Source of the DNA: an uncultured delta proteobacterium
Lineage (GTDB): Bacteria; Myxococcota_A; Polyangia; Polyangiales; Polyangiaceae
DNA length: 64,000 nt
Reading direction: 5' to 3'
Assembly (NCBI GenBank): GCA_963716725.1
Contig: CAVQUB010000010.1
Location: 1 to 64,000, forward strand
The position numbers were made by a program, and so were the translations under genes. Of this stretch, positions 1-8,822 are shown one piece after another. Position 1 is the stretch's first letter. Each line of letters starts with the position of its first letter. The notes beneath the pieces are model-generated. The model was given only the letters and a program-made list of their open reading frames with translations. It ran no database searches and was not told where the DNA came from.

Positions 1-29
1 CCACGCATTGCTACAGCCCGCCGACGCTC

Positions 30-647
30 GTGATGCGGCCCTCCGAGCGCCCCCAGCTCCCGGCGGATCCCACGAACCTGATGACGGCCTACGCGCCGCC
101 CAGCGAAGATCTGCTGGAGCTCGCTCGCTACGAGTCGCCCGATTCTGGATTGGAGTCGCGGCGCGCCCGCTCGGCTACGATGCCCCTGGCGGCCATGGAA
201 GGCGCGGCCCCTGAGTGGATGCGGGCGGCGAAGGCCATGGCCAACGCGTTCGAAGCCTGCATCGAACGGGGTGAAGCCGATGCCTTCGAACGCGCGGCCA
301 TCGAGCGCGCTTGGTACGCCTACACCATGGGTGGGGTGTCGCCCCGGCAGGTGATGCGCGTGGTGCGATTGGTGGGACACGCACAGTCCGCGCTGGCCCG
401 CACGCCCCCCGAGCGTCTGAGGCAAGCCGTCGAAGACTGTTCAGTGCTGATCTACAATGGGCTGCCGTCCATCGTACGTTCGACGGTCCCCTTCGACCGC
501 GTTCGCCGCGTGGTCCACTCGTTGGGCGAGCAGCCGAACGCGTGGGTGGGGATCGTGGAAGGCAGCGTCGAGTTGCTCGGGTGGAAGGACGCTGCGCAGG
601 CGCACGCCGCGTCGATCCTGCGCTCGATCATCGACCAAGAGATGTGA
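30..647 (+). CDS. Hypothetical all-helical protein (205 aa)
   Basis: ORF with high-GC codon bias; no recognised motif; start uncertain. Confidence 0.6.
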   Translation: MMRPSERPQLPADPTNLMTAYAPPSEDLLELARYESPDSGLESRRARSATMPLAAMEGAAPEWMRAAKAMANAFEACIERGEADAFERAAIERAWYAYTMGGVSPRQVMRVVRLVGHAQSALARTPPERLRQAVEDCSVLIYNGLPSIVRSTVPFDRVRRVVHSLGEQPNAWVGIVEGSVELLGWKDAAQAHAASILRSIIDQEM

Positions 648-788
648 GGGCGTCGGCGCCATCGGCCTCCACCCGACGCTCGAGCCAACCCGCATCGCCC
701 GGAATATCCGGCGACAAATCCGCGTTTCGTGCCGGGAGTGCGGCCCGGGTGTAGACTCGTTCGTCGCCGCATCGAGGGAGGCCGCAGA

Positions 789-2285
789 GTGTTCGAGCCC
801 GGCACCATCATCGATAAGAAGTACAAAATCGTCCGACCGATCGGCGTTGGTGGCATGGGCGAGGTCTACGAGGGGGAGAACCTCCGGATCAGCCGCCGGG
901 TCGCGATCAAGGTCCTGCACGCCAGTGCCGCCCAGAACAAAGACGCGGTGGCGCGCTTCGAGCGCGAGGCGCAGGCGGCGGGGCGCATCGGCAGCGATCA
1001 CATCTTGGAGATCCTGGACCTCGGGACGCTCGAGAGCGGCGAGCATTTCATCGTCATGGAGTACCTGGATGGCGAGACCCTCGGCGCCCGCATCAGCCGC
1101 GTCGGCCGTCTGACCCCCGAGCAGATCTACCCACTCCTGCGCCAGTCGTTGGTCGGCCTCGGTGCAGCCCACGGCGCCGGGATCATTCACCGCGATCTGA
1201 AGCCCGACAACCTGTTCATTTTGCGCGAGAAGGCTGGCACACAGGACTTCGTCAAGATCATCGACTTCGGGATCTCCAAGTTTCACTCGCTCGGCGGCGA
1301 CATGAGCATGACGCGTACCGGCTCGGTGATGGGAACGCCCTACTACATGTCGCCGGAGCAGGCGCGCGGCAGCCGCGACATCGACGTGCGCAGCGACGTC
1401 TACGCCATGGGCGTGATCATGTACGAGGCGCTCTCGGGCGCGAAGCCGTTCACGGCGGAGACCTTCAACGAGCTGCTGTTCAAGATCGTGCTGTCGACGC
1501 CGCCTCCGCTGAGCGAAATCGTGGGCCCCATCGACCACGCCTTCGAGACCATCGTCTACAAGGCGATGGCGCGCGACGTCGAGCATCGCTTCGTGAACGC
1601 AGAGGCCTTGATCCAAGCGCTAGACGGCTGGGTTCAGGGGGGCAAGCCGGTGACGGTCCCCCCGGCCATCGGCCACGGGATGCCGCCGGAGGTCGAGATC
1701 CCGCGGGCGGCTCCACTTCCGGCCGCCGGGGTGCCCGCCATGCCACCAGCGGCCACCACGCAAGGTGCGGTCTGGTCCAGCAGCAGCGACGATTTCTCGC
1801 CGCCCATGCGCTCGAGCAAGGCTCCACTCGTCGTCGCGTTCGGCATGGTGGGAGTGGTGCTCCTCGGTGGCGGAGCCTTCGCGGCGTACAAACTCTCGCC
1901 CCGCGAGAGCGCGGCGGCTGACCCCAGCGCCTCTTCGGCAGCGGAGCTCGCGTCTGCCGCAGTCGACCCCAGCGCAATCGCGGAGTCCGAGGTTCCGGCT
2001 CCTTCGGCGGAGCCCGCCGAGTCTGCAGCGCCCGAAGCCGCCGAGCCCGCGCCGTCAGCAGAGCAGCCCAGCGCTGAAGCCCCGGAAGCGAGCAAGCCCG
2101 TCGCGAGCAAGCCCGTCGCGAGCAAGCCCGTCGCGAGCAAGCCCGTCGCGAGCAAGCCCGTCGCGAGCAAGCCCGTCGCGAGCAAGCCCGTCACGCCGCC
2201 GCCGGTGGAGAAGCCCACCACCACCAAACCGGTCGTCAAACCGACGACCAAGCCAAAGCCCGGCAACGAAGATTTTGGTTACTGA
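789..2285 (+). CDS. Membrane-anchored eukaryotic-like Ser/Thr protein kinase
   Basis: GVGGMGEV, VAIK, HRDLKPDN, DFG and GTPYYMSPE motifs; TM segment (LVVAFGMVGVVLLGGGAFAAY); Pro/Ala-rich tail; GTG start at 789 after GAGGGAG. Confidence 0.95.
   Translation: MFEPGTIIDKKYKIVRPIGVGGMGEVYEGENLRISRRVAIKVLHASAAQNKDAVARFEREAQAAGRIGSDHILEILDLGTLESGEHFIVMEYLDGETLGARISRVGRLTPEQIYPLLRQSLVGLGAAHGAGIIHRDLKPDNLFILREKAGTQDFVKIIDFGISKFHSLGGDMSMTRTGSVMGTPYYMSPEQARGSRDIDVRSDVYAMGVIMYEALSGAKPFTAETFNELLFKIVLSTPPPLSEIVGPIDHAFETIVYKAMARDVEHRFVNAEALIQALDGWVQGGKPVTVPPAIGHGMPPEVEIPRAAPLPAAGVPAMPPAATTQGAVWSSSSDDFSPPMRSSKAPLVVAFGMVGVVLLGGGAFAAYKLSPRESAAADPSASSAAELASAAVDPSAIAESEVPAPSAEPAESAAPEAAEPAPSAEQPSAEAPEASKPVASKPVASKPVASKPVASKPVASKPVASKPVTPPPVEKPTTTKPVVKPTTKPKPGNEDFGY
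2088..2192 (+). repeat. 7 x 15-bp perfect tandem repeat (GCGAGCAAGCCCGTC) encoding (ASKPV)7 in the kinase tail
   Basis: Counted directly in the sequence. Confidence 0.97.
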
Positions 2286-2389
2286 AGGCGAGGCGCCGGC
2301 GCAACTCGTGGTGCCCGACGAAAGCGTCGCCCAGCGTCCCGGTCTGGCCCAATCGCGGGACGCTGGCGTTCGGGAGGACTGCCGCGGCA

Positions 2390-2667
2390 CCGATGGCCAC
2401 CAGCGCAGTTGGCCAGAATCCACTCTCGGCCAGCCCCAGTGCGAGAACGTTCATGCGGTTGGGCATTCTTTCGAATTCGTCAAAGGAACACCAACGCCGC
2501 TGCGCCGAGTGCAATCCCGAACAAGCCCTCGACAAGCAGTTGCCCCCTGGAGGACTCGGCCATCGTCCTCGCCCCGAAGAGGAGATGGCGCAATCTGAAA
2601 GCCGGTACGTTTCCGGGCGGCCTACGCCACGCCTCGAGAAGCAAGTAGCGTCCGCCCGTGATGCAGC
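2390..2667. repeat. 278-bp dispersed direct repeat, copy 1 (copy 2 at 10715-10992)
   Basis: Colinear, highly similar by eye; e.g. GCGCCGAGTGCAATCCCGAACAAGCCCTCGACAAGCAGTTGCCC is in both. Confidence 0.92.
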
Positions 2668-2694
2668 TTGCACCCCAGCTACGGCGCTGAACAT
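2480..2694 (-). pseudogene. Degenerate paralog of the 71-aa putative Rhs immunity gene at 10805-11020
   Basis: Reads CITGGRYLLLEAWRRPP...LLVEGLFGIALGAAALVFL*, but the ATG at 2694 is out of frame; abuts the IS end at 2697. Confidence 0.7.
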
Positions 2695-2696
2695 TC

Positions 2697-4148
2697 TGTA
2701 GCCGTCACGATGCAATTGCACACCGCGAAAACCTTCGCTTTTTTCCGACTCTCCGCGCGCCGATACTGACGCGCCCGTGCATGCTCTGCTGACGACATGA
2801 GCACTCGCTCCCGCCGCACGTACGACCACCGCATCAAGCAGCAGATCGCCGAGACCGGGGATCCGGGGCTGTTTCCGGAGTTCGAGATCCCGCGCTCGAC
2901 AGTTCGGAGCTGGATCCGGCGAGGCATGGGGAGCGTCGTCTGTCTGGAGCCGAACCTTGGCGCGGAGGGCGAGCTTCGCGCTCGTGTCGTCGTGCTCGAG
3001 CGGCGGACCGCGGTGCTCATCACAGTTGTTCGACTGCTTCTGGCATTGCTACGCACTTCTGGATTCAAGCTCGAAACCTGCCGCGTGCCGGATGCGGCCG
3101 GCAAGCGACTCTTGCTCGATGCGATCGAGCGCGCACGAAAGGTCATGGCCTTATCCGCGGCGCTCCGAGTGCTCCGCCTCTCCCGAGCGCGCTATCACGT
3201 CTGGTTTCGAGCCGAAAAAGCATGCGATCTCGACGACCGCCCAAGCTGTCCGCGCACTGTGCCGCAGCGACTGACCCAGCCGGAGGTCGAGGCAATCGGC
3301 AGCCTGGTTCAGTCCAAGGAACATCGCCACATGTCCATCCGAGCGCTTGCCTTGCACGCCCAGCGCGTCGGTGAAGTCCTCGCTCACCCGGCAAGCTGGG
3401 GCAAGCTCATCCGACGCTACGGCTGGCGGCGGCCGAGACTCCGTCTCTACCCACCGAAACCCAAGGTCGGCGTGCGCGCGCTCGCGCCGAACGCCGCGTG
3501 GCACGTGGATGTCACGATCATCAAGCTGCTCGATGGAACGAAAGCGCACTTGCACGCGGTCATCGACAACTTCTCTCGGAGAATCCTCGCCTGGACGATC
3601 GCCGACCGACTCGATCCCATGAACACCCGCGACGTGCTTGTGAGGGCGGCGAGCAACCTGGAGGGGCCGATGACAGCAGAGGTCTACATGGACTCCGGCG
3701 TCGAGAACCTCAACGCCAGCGTGGACCCGCTCTTCAGTGAAGGTGTCCTTCGCCGCGTCATCGCGCAGATCGACGTGAGCTTCTCGAACTCGATGATCGA
3801 ATCGTGGTGGCGCTCCCTCAAAAATCAGTGGCTGTTCCTGCACCAACTCGACAGCATCGCGACCGTCAAGAGGCTCGTGGAGTTCTACGTGATCGAGCAC
3901 AACGAGCGGATGCCCCACAGTGCGTTCGACGGGCAGACCCCGGACGAGATGTACCTCGGGCGCGGGGCTCGAGTGCCTGACGAGCTCGCTGCTCGGCGGC
4001 AAGAGGCGCGCAAGCGGCGGCTGGAGCACAATCGTCAACAAGCGTGCGACCGGTGCTCCCGTCAACACGAGGAGGACGTCGCCGCATGAAGCGTACGCTG
4101 CTTTCGCGCGGGAATTCTGGCGAGCGCAGTTGCACAGCGTCAGCTCCA
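2697..4148 (+). mobile_element. IS481/IS3-like insertion sequence
   Basis: TG...CA ends with imperfect IRs (TGTAGCCGTCACGATGCAATTGC vs revcomp TGGAGCTGACGCTGTGCAACTGC) around an rve transposase; no clear TSD. Confidence 0.75.
2797..4089 (+). CDS. DDE (rve integrase-core) transposase
   Basis: WHVDVT, AVIDNFSRRILAW, YMDSGVEN, IESWWRSLK, HNERMPHSAFDGQTPDE. Confidence 0.93.
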   Translation: MSTRSRRTYDHRIKQQIAETGDPGLFPEFEIPRSTVRSWIRRGMGSVVCLEPNLGAEGELRARVVVLERRTAVLITVVRLLLALLRTSGFKLETCRVPDAAGKRLLLDAIERARKVMALSAALRVLRLSRARYHVWFRAEKACDLDDRPSCPRTVPQRLTQPEVEAIGSLVQSKEHRHMSIRALALHAQRVGEVLAHPASWGKLIRRYGWRRPRLRLYPPKPKVGVRALAPNAAWHVDVTIIKLLDGTKAHLHAVIDNFSRRILAWTIADRLDPMNTRDVLVRAASNLEGPMTAEVYMDSGVENLNASVDPLFSEGVLRRVIAQIDVSFSNSMIESWWRSLKNQWLFLHQLDSIATVKRLVEFYVIEHNERMPHSAFDGQTPDEMYLGRGARVPDELAARRQEARKRRLEHNRQQACDRCSRQHEEDVAA

Positions 4149-4257
4149 GAAGGTTCGGCGCCGCAGCTGCGGTACGGCGCCCCCTTCGCCGTACGCCTCA
4201 TCGGCGGCCGCTCGATTCCGCAGGCTTGTCCTTGGGGATCTCCTCGGGACAGCGACA

Positions 4258-5451
4258 TCACGGCCCGTTGGCAGGAAGGGTCCGTGCCAAGCGAACACCA
4301 ATTGCAGGGCTTCCCAGTCCTGGGGACGCCGCGTTCGGCCGCGCAGCCGAAAGTGTTGCCGGCCACATGTTGAAGAATCCGCCGCGCCCCATGAACTCGA
4401 TTCCTGGGCTCGACAGGATATTCTCGAACGCGAAGGTGCCGTACCAATCGACGTAGGGGCCATCCCCGTACCCGTGAACGCCATTTGTGGTGACCCATTC
4501 CCCGGCGTTGCCGATCACGTCGTGCAGGCCCCAGGCGTTCGGCAGCTTCAGCCCGACCGGATGCGTTGTCGTCCCTGCGTTGGCGCAGTACCACGCGATG
4601 GGCGATAGGATCGGGTCGTCGAAGCATGTGAACGTCGGAGCGTGCTCGACGATCTCGCCGGTGTACACGGAGGTCTTGGTGCCTGCCCGCGCGGCGTATT
4701 CCCACTCCGCGCTCGTCGGGAGCCGATAGCCCTGGCAGTCATACAGGGAGGCGCCAACCACGCTCGCGACATCGCAGACCATGCCCTTGCCGAGCTCTCC
4801 GGAGCATTTGTCCAACATATAGCAAGGGGCGAGGCTCTTCTTGGTCGAGAGTAGGTTCGCGAAGGCGAGCGCCTCCATCCAGGTGATGTTTCCGAGCGGG
4901 CACCCGGGACCGATGCAATCCCCGGTGCCGTTCTGCATCAGGCCACTCGGGTTGGGCAGCCCCTCGCTGGTCCACTCGGCCTGAGTCAGCTCGTACTTCT
5001 GGATCTCGAACCGGTGGGTCAACGTCACCTGCACGGGGTCGGTCGACCACTTGGCTCGGCCCCACTCGCACCAGGGAGCTCCCATGATGAAACAACCCGG
5101 CTCGATGGCACACCAGCCCTTGTCGCAAGACGGCTTCGCGGCAGGCTGCTCACATGGCGGAGCGTAGTGGTTGGGAAGGTACGGGTCGCGGTAGCAGGCA
5201 TCCGGCGAAGCGTCTGCCGCGAGTCCGTCGTGGGCATCGTCCCCCGCTGCGTCGGAAATCAGGCCCCCATCGCCTGCGTCAGGTGCCGCCCCGCCCGCGC
5301 CTGCATGCCCTTCCGTGGCCGCACCTCGCTTTGCGCAAGCGCCGGCCGCCGCGAGGAGCACGCAGGCCACGACCGCGCCAAGGCGCGGCGCGTGAATGGC
5401 AGGAGTACGATGGGATGGGACTGGCGCCCGCATCCTAGTGGTCCACCCCAT
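4258..5451 (-). CDS. FGE-sulfatase (SUMF1-like) domain lipoprotein
   Basis: FIMGAP, YELTQAEW, YRLPTSAEWEYAARAG, PNAWGLHDVIGNAGEW, GVRLART; lipobox-like LAAAGAC; true start may be later. Confidence 0.9.
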   Translation of the reverse strand: MGWTTRMRAPVPSHRTPAIHAPRLGAVVACVLLAAAGACAKRGAATEGHAGAGGAAPDAGDGGLISDAAGDDAHDGLAADASPDACYRDPYLPNHYAPPCEQPAAKPSCDKGWCAIEPGCFIMGAPWCEWGRAKWSTDPVQVTLTHRFEIQKYELTQAEWTSEGLPNPSGLMQNGTGDCIGPGCPLGNITWMEALAFANLLSTKKSLAPCYMLDKCSGELGKGMVCDVASVVGASLYDCQGYRLPTSAEWEYAARAGTKTSVYTGEIVEHAPTFTCFDDPILSPIAWYCANAGTTTHPVGLKLPNAWGLHDVIGNAGEWVTTNGVHGYGDGPYVDWYGTFAFENILSSPGIEFMGRGGFFNMWPATLSAARPNAASPGLGSPAIGVRLARTLPANGP

Positions 5452-7390
5452 AGCTCATGCCTGTGTCGCGGAAGCGGACATACCGCGGATTGGCCGCACC
5501 GTAGTGCGTCTGCGCGGCCAACCGCAGGGTTTCCCACTGGACGTTCTGTCCGCCGCAGTTGATGGACGGATTCCCCGTGCACGCCCGCTTGTAGATATCG
5601 AAAAGCTGCGGAAGATCCGTGGGATTGCTCTGATTATGGGAGCTGATGTTGTACTCGAAGGTGAGCCAGTCGAACTCCGTTCCACGCGCTGACGCCAGGC
5701 AGTGTGTTTCCATCCAGTGCACCATGGCGAAAGCGTTGCGACCCACGGGCGGGTACAAGAATGCACCTGGCCAGAACTCGAACGGCTTGTAGTAGACAAA
5801 CGTCCCATTCGCCTCGAAGGGCGAGTTGAACACGCGCGACGCAAAAGCATGCGCAAAGCCCTCCATTTGCGCGCCGCCAGACCATTCGCGCGATTGAAGG
5901 CAGTGGACCGTGTTGCCCCATTGAGTCGAGTAGTTGCACTTACACAACGGCTCGGATGCAATGTCGTTGTAGTCGTACGAGAAGAAGCCCATCCCGCGGT
6001 GTTGGACCATGTGACCGGTCTCATGCGCGATGACGAACTTCCAGTGCGCGTCGCTGTACCCACCAACCACACTTGTGCCGAGGTGGACGAGTTGGAGATT
6101 AGGATCGTAACAAGAGTCGGTCGGGGGATCCAACGGCGGGCCGCAGCCTTCGTTGGCGTGTACGGTGTAGGTGCCGCTGATCAGGCCGAGGCCGCCGCCA
6201 CCAAAAAAGGCGGTGAGGAAGTGCCAGGCAACCTCGCGGCCGGCCACCGCCGCCGCTTGGATCACATCGTTGTTGAAGGTCGGATGGACGGTGACCGTCG
6301 ATGATCCGCTGCCGCTCGAAGTGAAGTCAGCCCATACCTGGTACTCGTATGGCACGCCGCCGGACATGTAGTAGTTGTTGAACGTGACCCCCCAGAGCCC
6401 AGTGTATGCGGTGCGCTGCTGCAAGCGAAACGTTCCCGCCGGAAGCGTCACGGGCGTCGTACAGCCGTTGACGTCCAGCTGTCCTTGCCAATACACCGCG
6501 TTACCGGGAACCGAGAGCACATAAGCGTAGGCAAGGCTGGCAGGAACGTCGGTCCATGCGCTCGTGGTGAAAGCGTCCTCCCCATAACCCGCATCGATAT
6601 ACTGCACGCGCCAGGTCGAACACACCGTCACCGAGGCTGACAGCGGCGAAACTGGCGGCTGGCCGGCTCCGTTTGTAAACGTGTCCGCCGGCGTACCGTC
6701 GGGGTTCGCGGCAACCGCCCGCACACCGGTCAAGCCGCGTTTGTACCCGAGCTTGGCGTCAGGCCCCGGGAGGTCTTGCCACTGTTGATTCGTGTCGAGG
6801 ACGCGGCCCTGGACATCCATCGTGTCTGTGACGAGCGTTCCGCCGTCAGGAAGGAACGCCACATCGTCGACGTGGTGTAGGAGGACCGTCTCGTAGCCCT
6901 TTTCGAAGCGGTAGTACAGCGGCTGCGTTCCGGTTCGCATCACGAAACCGTCGGGCCGGACGAGCTCAGCTTGCAGCACGACGAACGAGGTGGCGATCTC
7001 GCTCTGCAACGGGATTGCCTCGGGTGCGAACGAGACTTCCGCGCCACCGCCGCCCGCCACCGAAAACTTGCCAAGGTCTCGCTCTACTAGCTGACCGTCG
7101 AGGCCCGATGCGATCAGCGACACTCGCCCCTCCTTGGCTTCGCCTGAGGGGCTCGTGATGGTGGCGGTGAGCGCCGCCGACGCGGGAACAGCCAAGCCGA
7201 AAGGCACACCTTTCCAGGCCACGATGATCTCGGGAGCTGTCGCGTGATCCGGATCGACTGCTTTTGATGGGAGCGGTTGAGTCGCGACGCCTACTTCCCC
7301 GACGTCGGATGTCCCCTGTTCACAAGACGTCCCGAAAATGGTCGACGGCGCCACGACCAGCACGGTGCAGAAGCGGGGGATGCTCTTCAC
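5435..7390 (-). CDS. Secreted/lipoprotein putative zinc metallopeptidase
   Basis: VIAHETGH (HExxH) plus downstream EGFAH; signal-like N-terminus ending IFGTSC; GTG at 7390 chosen over the ORF-finder start at 7675. Confidence 0.7.
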   Translation of the reverse strand: MKSIPRFCTVLVVAPSTIFGTSCEQGTSDVGEVGVATQPLPSKAVDPDHATAPEIIVAWKGVPFGLAVPASAALTATITSPSGEAKEGRVSLIASGLDGQLVERDLGKFSVAGGGGAEVSFAPEAIPLQSEIATSFVVLQAELVRPDGFVMRTGTQPLYYRFEKGYETVLLHHVDDVAFLPDGGTLVTDTMDVQGRVLDTNQQWQDLPGPDAKLGYKRGLTGVRAVAANPDGTPADTFTNGAGQPPVSPLSASVTVCSTWRVQYIDAGYGEDAFTTSAWTDVPASLAYAYVLSVPGNAVYWQGQLDVNGCTTPVTLPAGTFRLQQRTAYTGLWGVTFNNYYMSGGVPYEYQVWADFTSSGSGSSTVTVHPTFNNDVIQAAAVAGREVAWHFLTAFFGGGGLGLISGTYTVHANEGCGPPLDPPTDSCYDPNLQLVHLGTSVVGGYSDAHWKFVIAHETGHMVQHRGMGFFSYDYNDIASEPLCKCNYSTQWGNTVHCLQSREWSGGAQMEGFAHAFASRVFNSPFEANGTFVYYKPFEFWPGAFLYPPVGRNAFAMVHWMETHCLASARGTEFDWLTFEYNISSHNQSNPTDLPQLFDIYKRACTGNPSINCGGQNVQWETLRLAAQTHYGAANPRYVRFRDTGMSYGVDH

Positions 7391-7730
7391 GGCTACCTGC
7401 CTTTGCGCGAAGCAAATCTGCCCCGCAAGAACATGGTCGATCTCGAGGACCCGCAGGTCAAGCAGCCCTGCCCCGGGCTGAGATTCGGAGTACGTCTTGC
7501 CGAGCGCGAACGCGGCGAGCGGCGAGTGCGCAGCGGGTGAGGCGCCTCCGATCCGTGCAGCAGAGGCTGGCGCGTGCCGGGAGCGCGCCCCATCCGGCTC
7601 GGCGCCGGGCTCCGGCGCGCGAATCCCCCCCCGGATGGTCGTAGGTGGAAATGGGCCTCGCTCCGGGCAGCTCAAGGGTTTCTCGTGCGCGTGGGCTGAT
7701 TGCCGCTGGGGGCAGGACGGAAGGTTGTCG

Positions 7731-8444
7731 CTACGAGCCGGGGTCGGGCAGCTCGACCCCGTAACGACGCAGCACAGTCAGCGCGCTCTCACCTTGCACG
7801 GCGTGCTCGCGGACAGTGACGCCGACGAGCAGGGTGAACTCCCAGCTGCGGAAGATGCCGAAGTGCTCGCCGATGAAGACGACGAGCTTGTCGCGGTTGA
7901 ACATCTCCAGCTTGCGACGATAGCGCGCGATGCCGGTGTCTTGTCCGCGCCGCTCGGCCTCGTCGGCCTGGGCCTTGTGCAGCCGGAAGGCGGCGACCAA
8001 CGCCATGCAGAAGAAGACGAAGTAGGCATGGACGCGCAGGCCTGCCTCGCTGCGCTTGGGGTGGTGCTCGAGGAACCAGTGCTCCTTGGCCTCGCGGTTG
8101 CACGAGTTCTCGATCAGACTGCGGTCGTCGTACTTGTCGAAAGCCACGAACGGGTCGTCGGCCGGGTCGGTGGTCAGCAGCACCACCTCCTTCTCGGAGT
8201 CCTTGGCGGCACCATCCCATCGCAGCACCACCGTGGCGCGCAGCAGCTTCGGCTGGAAGCTCTTGGAGTTGGCCTTCGAGCTCTCGCTGCCCTGCTCGTT
8301 CCACCAGTCGCAAGGCAGATCGCGGATCCCCACGACGGTGGTGGTCAGCGTCTCGCTGGTCGCGTTCTTGCCTGAGCCTCGCGTCACCGTCTGGTGGCGC
8401 TCCTGGTAGACGCACCCGTCGAGCGTGCGCGTGGGAAACTCCAT
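7731..8444 (-). pseudogene. C-terminal fragment of an IS4-superfamily DDE transposase
   Basis: VVLLTT...YDDRSLIENSCNREAKE (YREK-like); N-terminal part missing. Confidence 0.75.
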
Positions 8445-8608
8445 CTGCCAAAACCCACCGAGGCTCAGGGGACGCGCGTGTCGGTTGGAGGTCGAGAGGC
8501 AGGCCTGGGCGGCTGGCTGAGCACTGATTGCCGCTGCGGACCGTCACTGCGAGGCAGAAGGCGCCACCGAGCATGGAGCACCGCCTTGGCGAGTCCCGCG
8601 ACGAAGCC

Positions 8609-8822
8609 TCACCCTTCCCCGAACCCCAACCTCAACTGCTCGGGCACGCGGAGGCTCGCGTGCTGAGGCGGCGGCGCTCGAGCCCCGAGACCGTCCCTCT
8701 TCAGGGACTTCCCAGGGTCGTGCTCGGAGAGCAAGCGCGTGATGGCGGCCCGGGTCGTTGCGACCTCGGCCCAGCGCATCGTCCCCGAGCACCGGGGACA
8801 ATTTTCGAGGTCCGCCCCGAAC
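8609..8822 (-). pseudogene. Probable C-terminal remnant of an IS91-family (HUH) transposase
   Basis: VFGADLENCPRCSGTMRWAEVAT...GLGARAPP...QLRLGF resembles recalled IS91-family C-termini; cut off by the IS4 element. Confidence 0.55.

Noticed and set aside
441..1616. Long antisense ORFs (also 3151-4068, 26549-28255, 30412-32166, 38807-40462)
   Set aside because: Shadow frames opposite well-supported genes, expected in high-GC DNA
2088..2192. CRISPR array (also considered 19255-19379 and 20030-20150)
   Set aside because: No unique spacers between repeats and no cas genes seen
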